64,000 nt of DNA, taken from IMG/VR virus record IMGVR_UViG_3300033145_001255, positions 5,216 through 69,215 of that record; one strand, given 5' to 3'. The stretch is from a virus. Positions 1-9,603 of the stretch are shown here, one piece after another. Position 1 is the first letter of the stretch, and each line of letters starts with the position of its first letter. A program made the translations under genes and the position numbers. Under the pieces are notes generated by a model, which was not told where the DNA came from, searched no databases, and worked only from the letters and a program-made list of their open reading frames with translations.

Positions 1-45
1 GAAGTATTTGTTCGAGTTGCGGCGCGCAAACAAGAATTAATTTAT

Positions 46-241
46 TTCTAACGCCTGCGGCGGTATAGCCCTAACACGTCGCCCAAAGCTTAATCTTCCT
101 TTCGGTCTGCGGACACGAAACGAAGTTAAGCTTACATAAATTCCATTGGCTCGGTCTGGTTCAGTGGAATTTAATGTGCGCCATATTCGGAGCTTGGATT
201 CAAGCGTCTCGAAGAAGGCGCGGATTCGGAGGTTGATGAAC
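46..241 (+). ncRNA. Structured RNA leader, copy A (three-way junction candidate)
   Basis: Homologous to 22980-23176. Stems AAGCTTAA/TTAAGCTT, TTTCG/CGAAA, GTC/GAC and TAAATTCCATTG/CAGTGGAATTTA, closed by CGCCCA/TGTGCG. G-U pairs favour the + strand. Confidence 0.5.
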
Positions 242-367
242 ATGAGTTTGAAAACAGATGTAGTATGTCAGTGTTGCGGTTGTTTAACTAATAATCCTGT
301 GCCTGTTGGCAGGCATAATATTTGCCAGACATGTGCTGATTTAAAATTACCATGGGTGGTCGCATGA
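242..367 (+). CDS. 41-aa Cys-rich zinc-finger-like micro-protein
   Basis: GGAGGTTGATGAAC leader directly before ATG 242. MSLKTDVVCQCCGC...CQTC. Its stop overlaps the next ATG (ATGA). Confidence 0.55.
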   Translation: MSLKTDVVCQCCGCLTNNPVPVGRHNICQTCADLKLPWVVA

Positions 368-480
368 TAGTCAATCGCAAATACATGCGCCAGTTCAAAG
401 ACTATAACTGGAACACCAGGAATGATATCCTCGACATGGTAAGTACGCAGTGCGTGCATAACATATTCAGCAGTAATTGA
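364..480 (+). CDS. 38-aa micro-protein, copy A
   Basis: MIVNRKYMRQFKDYNWNTRNDILDMVSTQCVHNIFSSN. 26/38 identical to 23177-23293, with many synonymous differences. Confidence 0.7.
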   Translation: MIVNRKYMRQFKDYNWNTRNDILDMVSTQCVHNIFSSN

Positions 481-518
481 TTCTGCTTTATTTTTTTTAT
501 ATTTAAATGATAAGCGCC
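437..518 (+). repeat. 82-bp exact direct repeat (copy at 23250-23331) containing a hairpin and T8 terminator-like tract
   Basis: Base-by-base comparison of TGGTAAGTACG...GATAAGCGCC. Confidence 0.9.
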
Positions 519-590
519 AATAGACCTTGGCTCGATTGGTGAGGGCGCAATCATACGCGCCCTGTCAACCAGTGCCATTGGCTCGGGCGC
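514..590 (+). repeat. Two copies of the ~35-bp GCGCC...TTGGnnn-GGGCGC element (514-548, 557-590)
   Basis: Same architecture at 23327, 45929, 56305 and 61811. Confidence 0.7.
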
Positions 591-708
591 GCAATAACAA
601 TAAAAAGATATCCACTAATATACTACTGTTCATAAACTCTGAAATGGCAGGGGTTGTTTTCGCTTCCTCACCGAAGTTTTTGCCCCTGCTTTTCTTATCA
701 CAAAAACA

Positions 709-725
709 GAACTTATAAATACTAC
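709..725 (+). promoter_or_regulatory. Archaeal TATA promoter (TTATAAATAC) for a leaderless portal mRNA
   Basis: About 30 nt upstream of ATG 746. The same TATAAATAC box precedes 23405 and occurs at ~31745. Confidence 0.65.
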
Positions 726-745
726 TAAACTATAAAGTTACTTCT

Positions 746-1990
746 ATGTCGTTATATTCCAGGTTTTCTCAGTTCGCGCGCAATTTCAGCAAGACTCAAC
801 CAAAGGCATTAATCACGTCAGGCCCGAACCTGAACGAGTTCTCAATGAGCGACCAGAAAAACGAACGGATATCAATGGAGGACCTAGAGAAATGGTATAT
901 CAAAAGCCCGCTGGTATTCTCGTCAATCAATATCTTCTCGGATATGTGTTTCGGTAAGGGCGGGTACTGCAAGTCTGACGACCCGGAAGCTGAGAAACTA
1001 TGCGAGCGCTCGGTACAGGTAACGAGTTTCAAGCCGACTACTATATCGTGTATCGGTCATACAATTCTATACGGTCAGGCATTCCAGGAGATACTGTGGT
1101 CGAACGAGGGCGAGGGCACAGAGATTGAAGGCTATGTACTAATGGACCCGAAGTCAATCGAGCCTAAGTGGGATAACCATGCGACCATACTCCGTTACGA
1201 GCAGAAGATTGAAGGCGCTATTGACCATGACAAAGCGCCTAAATGGATTATCTACGAAGAGAACGAGGACGGGACAGTGGGCGAGAAGAACCAGAACCCA
1301 TCTATGATATATTATCGGTTCTTTCGGATAGCAGACAACATGCGCGGTATCGGATTTGTCGAGCCGATTTTTCGGAAACTGGAAATATACGAAGATATCC
1401 TGTTATCTACTAAGGAGATATTCCACAAGTTCGCGTATCCGATGATGCATATAACCAGTAGTTCCGCAAAGTCTAAGTCGGAGATGGATAACTTGACGAA
1501 GATGTTCAGAGGATTCTGGCGCAAGTCATTCCACGCGACAGGCGAGTCTATCAAGTTTAATCTGCTGAGTGCAAACAGTAAGATCCCGCAGCTTAAAGGC
1601 GAGCGAGAGTCTATTCTGGACGAAATCATTACCGGCTTACGGATACCTAAGCCATTCTTATTAGGCAAGTCAGAATCTTCTGGCTTGGGCCAGGGTGATA
1701 TCAAAACTCTACGCGAGAATATAGCAACAGAAGTTTCAATGCTGCAACCGAAATTATCTCAGATAATCGAGGAACAGATTTTCAAGCCATTACTGGCGAA
1801 GAATGATATCAATGCAACTGTCAAGTGGAACTGGCATCCTGTCCGCGCTAAGGACGAGGCAGCTGAGATTGATATTACTATCAAGAAAATCAAGGAAATC
1901 TCAGACGCGAAGATGGCCGGGCTTATGACAGACGAGCAAGGGCAGGCAGCGTTCGATAAATACGTAGAGAACAAAAAAGACACGGTGTAA
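746..1990 (+). CDS. Portal protein
   Basis: 414 aa, first gene of the head block. Portal-like segments: LYGQAFQEI, MDPKSI, DNMRGIG..EP, ITGLRIPKPFLLG, IEEQIFKPLL. Confidence 0.85.
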   Translation: MSLYSRFSQFARNFSKTQPKALITSGPNLNEFSMSDQKNERISMEDLEKWYIKSPLVFSSINIFSDMCFGKGGYCKSDDPEAEKLCERSVQVTSFKPTTISCIGHTILYGQAFQEILWSNEGEGTEIEGYVLMDPKSIEPKWDNHATILRYEQKIEGAIDHDKAPKWIIYEENEDGTVGEKNQNPSMIYYRFFRIADNMRGIGFVEPIFRKLEIYEDILLSTKEIFHKFAYPMMHITSSSAKSKSEMDNLTKMFRGFWRKSFHATGESIKFNLLSANSKIPQLKGERESILDEIITGLRIPKPFLLGKSESSGLGQGDIKTLRENIATEVSMLQPKLSQIIEEQIFKPLLAKNDINATVKWNWHPVRAKDEAAEIDITIKKIKEISDAKMAGLMTDEQGQAAFDKYVENKKDTV

Positions 1991-1994
1991 AATC

Positions 1995-4919
1995 ATGACG
2001 ACCAAGACAAGAGGAATATACATTGAACCAGCACATGCAAAGCTTATACACAATAATAGCAAGAACCTTATCATCAAGGATAAATTCTTCAAGATAAACC
2101 AGGATGATATGGTATTGATTACAACCGAGAACGGGCAGGACAAGGCATTAGGCATGATAAGACTGCAACGGCCTGCATCTATCAACATTAAAGAGTTCAA
2201 GCAATACCGGAAATATCACAAAATTTCAGACGAGACCAGGCGCAGCCAGTGGCCGCACGCGCAGAAGCTATTCGCGTATAAGGTCAAGCAATACTGCGGG
2301 TTCCAGTCACCGAAAGACATAGACGTTATAGTGCATAACGATATTGTAAGTGATGTAAATCTATCTGCTAAGCGCAACATCAATATAAAGGTATCAGATT
2401 ACACGCCCGCCAATATCCCGGACGACAGGCTTAAGTCCGATTTCAGGCAGCTATGCGCTATCAGTACCCGCCGCCAGACAAGGTTTTCAAATGATGATAT
2501 CATACTGCTCGGCAGGAAGATAATGCCGGAGCTGATGAGGCGCGGCATAAAGTTCAATAAGACCGGCATGCAGCCTGCAACCTTAAAGTTAATCAACAAG
2601 ATTACCAACGATAAAGAGTTCAACATGAAATTCAACTTCAATGCCGACAAGCCGAAATCAGACGGCGAGAATTATTCAACTGCATTAAAGTACGACCTGT
2701 CAGACATCAAAGACATGGACGGGTTCAGGCAGATAGAACACGCGGAAACAACTGAGGGGCAAGACCAGCACACATACGACCTGTACTTCGCAGGTAACGA
2801 GTACTGGCTTGCAGATGATAGTATAATCAAATGGCGCAGTCTGAAAGACAGACCGCACGAGGCAGTCGAGGAATGGCACAGGATTACCGGGCTGAGGTTG
2901 AAGCTTGAAGATTGCGCGCAATACGACGCAGGCTATATCGTACACGACCCCGACAAGATATACGACAATGCATCAGCATACATCATATCCAACCCTGACG
3001 AGTGCGGGTTCCTCAAAGAAGCAAGTCCCATATCAATACCTGTCTTCGTCCCGGAAGACAAGGCAGACATTGTAAAGGACTGGCATCTCGAAGACCTGCG
3101 CGTCCTGAAGAAAGGCACAGCTCAGGAATACGAGGGCTATTCAATCAAGTGGACTGGCGACGAGGTAGAGATTATAGATATCAAGCCGGCAGCGAAGATT
3201 GAATCTGAGTTCTCCAAGTGCCGGATATTCACCAGGAGCACAATCGAGCTGGACTTCATCAAGCCCACCAAGCCATATCTCGATATGGACGCGCATGTAT
3301 CCAACGAGTTCTTCGTACTGGAAGACATGAAAGACTTTGACTACACGAACAAGACTCTTGAAAAGAAATACGACGGGCAGCGCCTGCAAATCCATAAGCG
3401 CGGTAACTCGGTCAAGTGCTATACTGCCTACGGCAACCAGATATCACTCAACAAGCTTGGTAATATCCCGAACGAAATCCGGGCAATAAACTCACATGCA
3501 TTCATACTGGACGGCGAGCTGATACTGCCGAACTTAGACCGTGATTACGTGCATGACGCGGTTACAACCGAAGGCTCGGACGAGTTGGAATACCGAGTAT
3601 TCGATATCCTGCAGGTAAATGATTCACGTTTGATAGATAAACCTCTATGCCAGCGCAGGCAAATCTTAGAGCGACTTCCACCTTCGTCGCATGTAAAGGT
3701 TTCGCCTGCGCTCAAAGTCACCAAGGACAATATCAAGGGCATGCTAAAGGAAATCCACAAGCGCGGCTACGAGGGCGCGGTCATCAAGGATACAAACTCT
3801 CTATACCAGGACAGGAAGGCATGGCATAAGTTTGTATTCATTACCAACTACCTGAAAAAGACAGAGGACATGCAGAACATGACAGAAGACGAGTCAAGGG
3901 ATTATAGGATTACACTTAATAGATTAGACCGCAAGCTGCGCGAGGGCAAGCGCATACCGATGGCAGTAACAGAACTATACGAGCAAAATACTATCATCCA
4001 GAATAATTCTGCCAAGCCGATAAGCGCGCCTAAGTTTACACTCACACGCAGGTTCTGCTGGTGGTATCACCCCAAGAAGAAGAAGCGCACCCGTAACAGT
4101 AAGGACTATCACCTTAAGATGGAATGCCCGTCTGCCTATAAGTTCCATCTCGATAAGAACCCGCAGACTGATACCGAGATAAGCGCTACTGCATTCACAG
4201 AAGGCGGTAAGTATTTCAGGCCCGGCGAATATCAGCCGGGAACAGACCTCAACCAAGACAATCAGGAATCAGTACATATCGAGAAGATATGCGAGGGCGG
4301 GTTCGACATGATCCAAGAAGAGCAGGACATGATGGAGATTAAGTTCAAGGGCAGGAAGTTCAATGGCACGTTCATCTTCAAGCGCAACGGCGAGACATGG
4401 ACCATGACGAAAGTCACCAAGAGCAAACAGCTAAGTAAATTACAGTTCGGGTTCAAGGATTTCAGGAACACCACAAGCCCCGTACTGGCGAATGATATCA
4501 AGTTCCCGTATAGACGCAGGACAATCGCATTCGCGCCCGGGTTCTGGCATCATACAGTATATACATGGGACATCATCAAGGAAGCGGCAATGAAGATGAA
4601 AGGAATACCAATGGTGATGGAACATTCAGACGAGATACTGGACGATTTGGGTACTGTTACTGACGTGTTCATCAACGAGCAAGACCAGCGCATCGAGGTC
4701 GAGTTCGAGTTGATAGACACTGTCAACGGCAAGGACGCGGCTATACTATTGGAGAACGGCAAGATACCTGCTGTCTCGGTCGCATTAGAGGAATGGAGTG
4801 ACGAGATAGACGGCAAGAACACATGCACGCAGATAGTCGGGTTCGGGCATGTAGCGCTGGTGAAATATCCCGAATGCGCGCCGGCACTGATATGCGACAA
4901 GGACGGGACTTGCGGTTAG
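1995..4919 (+). CDS. Multidomain protein: ASCH-like + ATP-dependent ligase adenylation domain + LigD-phosphoesterase-like + C-terminal prohead protease
   Basis: Ligase motifs EKKYDGQR, ILDGELI, YRVFDIL, EGAVIK, WHK. C-terminal APGFW..IPMVMEH..LGTV..PAVSV..HVALVKYP is typical of capsid maturation proteases. Lies between portal and scaffold/MCP. Confidence 0.8.
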   Translation: MTTKTRGIYIEPAHAKLIHNNSKNLIIKDKFFKINQDDMVLITTENGQDKALGMIRLQRPASINIKEFKQYRKYHKISDETRRSQWPHAQKLFAYKVKQYCGFQSPKDIDVIVHNDIVSDVNLSAKRNINIKVSDYTPANIPDDRLKSDFRQLCAISTRRQTRFSNDDIILLGRKIMPELMRRGIKFNKTGMQPATLKLINKITNDKEFNMKFNFNADKPKSDGENYSTALKYDLSDIKDMDGFRQIEHAETTEGQDQHTYDLYFAGNEYWLADDSIIKWRSLKDRPHEAVEEWHRITGLRLKLEDCAQYDAGYIVHDPDKIYDNASAYIISNPDECGFLKEASPISIPVFVPEDKADIVKDWHLEDLRVLKKGTAQEYEGYSIKWTGDEVEIIDIKPAAKIESEFSKCRIFTRSTIELDFIKPTKPYLDMDAHVSNEFFVLEDMKDFDYTNKTLEKKYDGQRLQIHKRGNSVKCYTAYGNQISLNKLGNIPNEIRAINSHAFILDGELILPNLDRDYVHDAVTTEGSDELEYRVFDILQVNDSRLIDKPLCQRRQILERLPPSSHVKVSPALKVTKDNIKGMLKEIHKRGYEGAVIKDTNSLYQDRKAWHKFVFITNYLKKTEDMQNMTEDESRDYRITLNRLDRKLREGKRIPMAVTELYEQNTIIQNNSAKPISAPKFTLTRRFCWWYHPKKKKRTRNSKDYHLKMECPSAYKFHLDKNPQTDTEISATAFTEGGKYFRPGEYQPGTDLNQDNQESVHIEKICEGGFDMIQEEQDMMEIKFKGRKFNGTFIFKRNGETWTMTKVTKSKQLSKLQFGFKDFRNTTSPVLANDIKFPYRRRTIAFAPGFWHHTVYTWDIIKEAAMKMKGIPMVMEHSDEILDDLGTVTDVFINEQDQRIEVEFELIDTVNGKDAAILLENGKIPAVSVALEEWSDEIDGKNTCTQIVGFGHVALVKYPECAPALICDKDGTCG

Positions 4920-4926
4920 AATAAAA

Positions 4927-6591
4927 ATGGGAGTGGTTGAAATGGCTATCAACAGGATTCTTGGCGGGGGATTGTTCGCGTTATTAGTAATTGCACTTAT
5001 TGCGCATGCAGTAGATTATCCTATGACGCCGAAGGCTAACATCGACATGCAAGACCATGAGATTCAGAATGTATCTACTATGTACGTTGACGTCCTGAAT
5101 GTCTCGAACTCTACCAACATGCCTATCAATTGGACGATGTTGCAGAACTTCCCGCCATGCTCGTCTACTGGCTATGCCATTACATGTCTTGGTGATTCGC
5201 TCACGTCTACTTATTTCGGGCTTGACGGCGCGACATTCATGGAGGACTTCAATGCGATGGGCTATTCACTTTTCAACTTGACCAACGTAACCGCTGATAT
5301 CCTGACTGACGGGACAATGCAATGCACGGGCGGGGATTGTATAGACATAGACGACTTGAACGCGACAGAATCATATCTGACAAGATTAGTCACATCATTC
5401 ATACAGCTATCAGGAATGTTTGAGACAGATGTTGATGTAGGTGGTAATAATATCGACAATGCAACAAACATTACCGTAACAGGCAACTTCAAAGTAAACG
5501 AATACATATTGAACTCGTCACACATACCAGACCATAACGGGCATAGTATATCTAAGACCTTCGAGCATATCATCAACCGCGGTAAGGCATCAGCTGTGAC
5601 AGTCGCGCTAACAGGCGGGCTCGGTATCAACTGGACAGCAGGCGAGATATACGACACATCAACAGATACATTCATAAAGACTACAGCAGGCAGCGGTAAT
5701 CTAAACGATAACGTAGTGAATTATCTTAAGTGGGTTAGCGGGACAGGACTTACAATTACTACTTCATCTTCTTCAAGCAATGAGATACAGATTGCCACAT
5801 TCTCAACTTATGCAGGGGTAATAAATACATTCAGGGAACATAGCCTCATAAGTGAATCTATTGCAGATACAAGACGCGGGTTAAGAATAGCATTTCCTAT
5901 TCGTATCATAAGCGGGATGGCAGTTACAGAAGATGCAAATGTTACTTACGACCTTGACGTTTCAATGAGCGCAGGCGAAGCAATCAAAGACGGTATAGAG
6001 AGGAAGACCCCGTCGGCGATTGATTCGAGGACAACCCCATTAATAAGGCATTTCCATACCGGCGGCGTGTGGGACTATGATACTAATGTAGAAATCAGCA
6101 CTACTCACTACGACGACGGGAATAATCTCGTAGCAATACCTGGCAATAAATGGGCTAAGGCATATTTCATATTCATGAACGGGAAGTTAGGATTTATATT
6201 CCCGAATGAGTATTTCAATAACGAAGCGCAAGCGCAGGACGCGGCATTGCCTGCAATCCCTCCCGGGCTAAGTTTAATCCCGAAACTGACTGCAATAGTA
6301 TATAAATCTAGTGTAAGCGATTTCAACGAAGTTACATGGCAGGATATCAGACCGGGCATAAGCGAGGAATCATTCAATATAGTTACAGACCACGGCGCAT
6401 TAGCAGGACTCGGTGACGACGACCATCCACAATATCTATTAGTTGACGGTACGCGCAACATGACAGGAACCCTAGTGATGTCAGATGCAGGCGCGCAGGT
6501 AAACACAACAATGATTTCTTCCGGCGGTAATGTCGGATGCTGCGGCATGAACGACGATTACTCGTTATCGTGTACTGCTGGCGCGTGCTAA
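4927..6591 (+). CDS. Signal-peptide-bearing fibre/adhesin-like protein, paralog of 26284-28596
   Basis: Hydrophobic N-terminus ending AHA, DHGALAGLGDDDHPQY fibre-type motif, many NxS/T sequons, N- and C-termini shared with 26284. Confidence 0.55.
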   Translation: MGVVEMAINRILGGGLFALLVIALIAHAVDYPMTPKANIDMQDHEIQNVSTMYVDVLNVSNSTNMPINWTMLQNFPPCSSTGYAITCLGDSLTSTYFGLDGATFMEDFNAMGYSLFNLTNVTADILTDGTMQCTGGDCIDIDDLNATESYLTRLVTSFIQLSGMFETDVDVGGNNIDNATNITVTGNFKVNEYILNSSHIPDHNGHSISKTFEHIINRGKASAVTVALTGGLGINWTAGEIYDTSTDTFIKTTAGSGNLNDNVVNYLKWVSGTGLTITTSSSSSNEIQIATFSTYAGVINTFREHSLISESIADTRRGLRIAFPIRIISGMAVTEDANVTYDLDVSMSAGEAIKDGIERKTPSAIDSRTTPLIRHFHTGGVWDYDTNVEISTTHYDDGNNLVAIPGNKWAKAYFIFMNGKLGFIFPNEYFNNEAQAQDAALPAIPPGLSLIPKLTAIVYKSSVSDFNEVTWQDIRPGISEESFNIVTDHGALAGLGDDDHPQYLLVDGTRNMTGTLVMSDAGAQVNTTMISSGGNVGCCGMNDDYSLSCTAGAC

Positions 6592-6622
6592 GCAATAGCT
6601 TTATTAACACGTTCCAACCTAT

Positions 6623-7240
6623 ATGCGCCGCATGACAAACCCAGACTTATTTGGAGATACAACCGACGGAGCCGCAGGTATTGCGGCTATGGCAGAAGCT
6701 ATAAAGGGAATCCAGAACTCAGTCTCAAAACTTGCTGAAAAAGTTGACGATATAACCAAGAAGAAAAAAGTCGACGACGAAGACTCCGAGCCAGGTCTTC
6801 CAGGCAAGATGCAGGCAGAGTTCGAGAAAACGATTTCCGAACAAAAAGAGAAACTCGAGCAGTTCGAGAAGGATCAGGAAGCGCTCAAAACCGAGCTAGG
6901 CACATTCCAGGCAAAAGAACATACAGAACATATTGCAGGCATTGTTGACGCTCAGTTCGAGAAAGGACTCATAACAGAAGACAAGAAAGTCGCAAGCGCT
7001 GAATCCCTAAAGGACTTCACGAAAGAACAGTTGACCGCGTTCGGTAAACAGATAGAACTCATGAACAGCGAGCCAACCAAGAGCAAGGCCTTCAAGCAAT
7101 CCGAGCCAGGCAGTGCAGGCGCAGCAGGCGCAGCAACAGACGCAGCCAAGCTCGAAGCCAAGAAGAAAGAGTTTAGCGCAATGGGACTCAAACCCGAGAC
7201 CGCTGAGTTAATGAAAGCAATGGAGGTCGAGGCCGTATGA
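6623..7240 (+). CDS. Capsid scaffolding protein
   Basis: Coiled-coil, charged and Ala-rich, upstream of cement and MCP. True start probably ATG 6632, ~30 nt after a TTTATTAA box. Confidence 0.65.
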   Translation: MRRMTNPDLFGDTTDGAAGIAAMAEAIKGIQNSVSKLAEKVDDITKKKKVDDEDSEPGLPGKMQAEFEKTISEQKEKLEQFEKDQEALKTELGTFQAKEHTEHIAGIVDAQFEKGLITEDKKVASAESLKDFTKEQLTAFGKQIELMNSEPTKSKAFKQSEPGSAGAAGAATDAAKLEAKKKEFSAMGLKPETAELMKAMEVEAV

Positions 7241-7659
7241 GTGAAGGACTAGTAATCGGATACCAGACAACTTCTGACACTGTGCCAATCAAAGTGAACA
7301 AGATAGTAGTCCGTAACTCGTCAGGCGATGTACTGGCGACAACTGTTGCAGCAGCAGATACACCTATAGTCGGTGTGACCCAGGGCGCGGTAGCGGCAAG
7401 GACAACAGCCTCTCAGAAGGACATACCTGTAAAGATGCAGGGCTTGGCGCGAGTACCGAAACCAACTGACTTGGCAATGAAAGTAGGATTCATTGTGACT
7501 ACAAACGGTACGACTACCGTTGGAACAGGTGACGGCTCGACTGTCATCATGGCAACAACAGCTACAACTCTCGGCGGCGGATACAACACGCTCGGCAGGG
7601 TAGCGAAAGATGCAGCGACAACAGACACGGAAGTTCTGATTGCGCTGAACATAAGATAA
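7237..7659 (+). CDS. Capsid cement/decoration protein
   Basis: 140 aa, Thr/Ala/Gly/Val-rich with IVGV..V.MQG..LGRV pattern, directly before MCP. Confidence 0.6.
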   Translation: MSEGLVIGYQTTSDTVPIKVNKIVVRNSSGDVLATTVAAADTPIVGVTQGAVAARTTASQKDIPVKMQGLARVPKPTDLAMKVGFIVTTNGTTTVGTGDGSTVIMATTATTLGGGYNTLGRVAKDAATTDTEVLIALNIR

Positions 7660-7666
7660 GGAGGAG

Positions 7667-8551
7667 ATGAAAATGTCAGACTACAATATTAAAAACTTCT
7701 CCGCTATCGTCGATACGTCACAGCTACCTACCAAATTATCGGAAGGCATTAAAGCTGCTGCAATCGAGAGATTGATGGAGGTAGTACTGCTTAGGAAACA
7801 TTTCTATGTAGACACAGGCACAATGGACGAGGGTTCAACCACCTTTACCTACAATGTGATGGACAGGTCTACAGCAGCTTACGACAGGGTACAGGGCACA
7901 GACGTCACACTCGATAACGAGGACGTGAGCGAGAGTTCCGTGACTGTCTCTGAGATTACGAAAGGATTCTCAATGTCATGGCCGGCAGACAATCTAAAGA
8001 AAATCAACCTGCGCGTCGCCAAGACAAAGGAATACGTCAATCTCGTCAAAGACCGCGAGGACTTGAAGATTGCGACTGCACTGATAGCATCAGGCGCGCT
8101 AACGTCAACTGTCTCCGCGAGCGCGGCACTGAGCGCGTCAGACGCCAACCCTATCAAGAACATCAAGGAAGCCAAGAGAAAGGTAAGAGCGCTGATGGGC
8201 GGCCAGAACCCGAACTTACTGTTAATCGAAGATGAGAATCTCGAAGAGCTTGCAGTCATTGTCGGGTCGAACGACTGGTACAAGATGACCGAAGAGTCAG
8301 TGCGCACAGGCGAACTGCCTACATTCATGGGCTTGAAGATTGTGGCACTACCAACAGGCAAACTCACACACGGAACAGCAGTTGTATGTATGGGCGGGCC
8401 TAACGGATGCTTGCATCTCGGTCAGGCGCATGATACTCGAATCAAGATATTCGACGACCCCAAGAAACACGCGACAGAAGTGCACGTGTACGAGCGCGTA
8501 GTACCGGCAGTTATCCGGGCCGATGCGGGAGCCAAAATCACAGGATGGTAA
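7667..8551 (+). CDS. Major capsid protein (HK97 fold)
   Basis: 294 aa, GGAGG RBS, REDLKI..AL, PNLLLI, GELPTFMGLKIV, C-terminal YERV.PAVIRADAGAKITG. Confidence 0.85.
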   Translation: MKMSDYNIKNFSAIVDTSQLPTKLSEGIKAAAIERLMEVVLLRKHFYVDTGTMDEGSTTFTYNVMDRSTAAYDRVQGTDVTLDNEDVSESSVTVSEITKGFSMSWPADNLKKINLRVAKTKEYVNLVKDREDLKIATALIASGALTSTVSASAALSASDANPIKNIKEAKRKVRALMGGQNPNLLLIEDENLEELAVIVGSNDWYKMTEESVRTGELPTFMGLKIVALPTGKLTHGTAVVCMGGPNGCLHLGQAHDTRIKIFDDPKKHATEVHVYERVVPAVIRADAGAKITGW

Positions 8552-8588
8552 GTTTGCCATCCCTGTATTTATACGGAAGTGATTATGA

Positions 8589-9059
8589 ATGCCACACGGA
8601 GGAATAACAACTAAGCGCAAGTTCGAGCGTCAGGCGCAGGATTCATCTCCTGAACTCGCGTCAGCGGCTATTGACCGCGACGAGGTAGAGGCAGAACTGC
8701 ATACCAGACGGATAATCGTCCAGCAGACAGCAGACTCTGTAACATCATACCTCGACCCGGTAGGATACCCGATAACCATAACGGAAGTCGGGCTGATAGG
8801 CAAGTCTGACACATCGCCGACAACCACCACAACCGCGTACCTGTCTGCCGACCTGAACCTGATCGACTCGAATCTCGTTGCCACAACCACAATACTGACA
8901 GCGCAGATATCAGCCACTACATCCAGCAAAATCTACAACGAGACAACAACAGGTGTTGCCCAGGCAGTAGCGGCAAACGAGCAGCTATCGGTTACATGGG
9001 ACGCGACAACGAACGTGGACGACGGGGCAAGCCTGTGCATCCAGTACACAGTAGACTAA
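8589..9059 (+). CDS. Putative virion structural protein
   Basis: Thr-rich beta-type sequence directly after MCP. Confidence 0.4.
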   Translation: MPHGGITTKRKFERQAQDSSPELASAAIDRDEVEAELHTRRIIVQQTADSVTSYLDPVGYPITITEVGLIGKSDTSPTTTTTAYLSADLNLIDSNLVATTTILTAQISATTSSKIYNETTTGVAQAVAANEQLSVTWDATTNVDDGASLCIQYTVD

Positions 9060-9083
9060 AACTATATAAACATGTAAGTCCAA

Positions 9084-9440
9084 GTGAACTGTATGCCAGT
9101 TATTAAGAGCTTGAAAGTGCGCGTATATTGCGGACCTAAATTTGAAAAGCTCTGGCTTAAGAAAGGAGAATCTATGATGATCCGGCCAGAGCAGATTTCT
9201 TTTTTTCAGAAACTTCTCGACAGCAACGACATGGTACTTCTCGATAAACCAAGCGCGCTTGAATTAAGTAATGACTCGACACTCGTCGAATCTGTTTCGC
9301 CAGCGCCCGTACATTGTCCTGTTGTGACAATGCATGAGATGGCGCCAGCCAAAAAAGAGAACAAACCCGTAACAGGCATCGAGCTTCCTAAAATTAACTT
9401 AAAAAAAAACAAATTCAAGCACAAGGGCAAGCGCAAGTGA
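9084..9440 (+). CDS. Hypothetical protein with basic C-terminus
   Basis: ORF with an upstream TATATAAA box. Confidence 0.4.
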   Translation: MNCMPVIKSLKVRVYCGPKFEKLWLKKGESMMIRPEQISFFQKLLDSNDMVLLDKPSALELSNDSTLVESVSPAPVHCPVVTMHEMAPAKKENKPVTGIELPKINLKKNKFKHKGKRK

Positions 9441-9603
9441 CCGAGCTTCCGTTCATGAAGATTCTTAATAAGTATGACGAGCTTAACTCTCGTTCTGAAT
9501 CGTGGCGCGTGTGGAATATCTCTACATTCTCGGATAAGGCGCGCCTATGTATTGGCATACTAAGAGAAAGATATATAAAGGTGTAAGTTTACTAGAGTTT
9601 ACT

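Noticed and set aside
86-133. Hairpin followed by CGAAAC as a possible hammerhead ribozyme
   Set aside because: No CUGAnGA core on either strand. CGAAA pairs with TTTCG.
363-410. ATGATAGTC and TTCAAAGACTA resemble group I intron S and R elements
   Set aside because: Wrong order, no P3-P6 core, and the sequence is explained by the conserved micro-ORF.
268-459. Minus-strand ORFs starting MHALRTY (also 23087-23272)
   Set aside because: Similarity comes only from the identical DNA block. The synonymous-change pattern supports the + frame.
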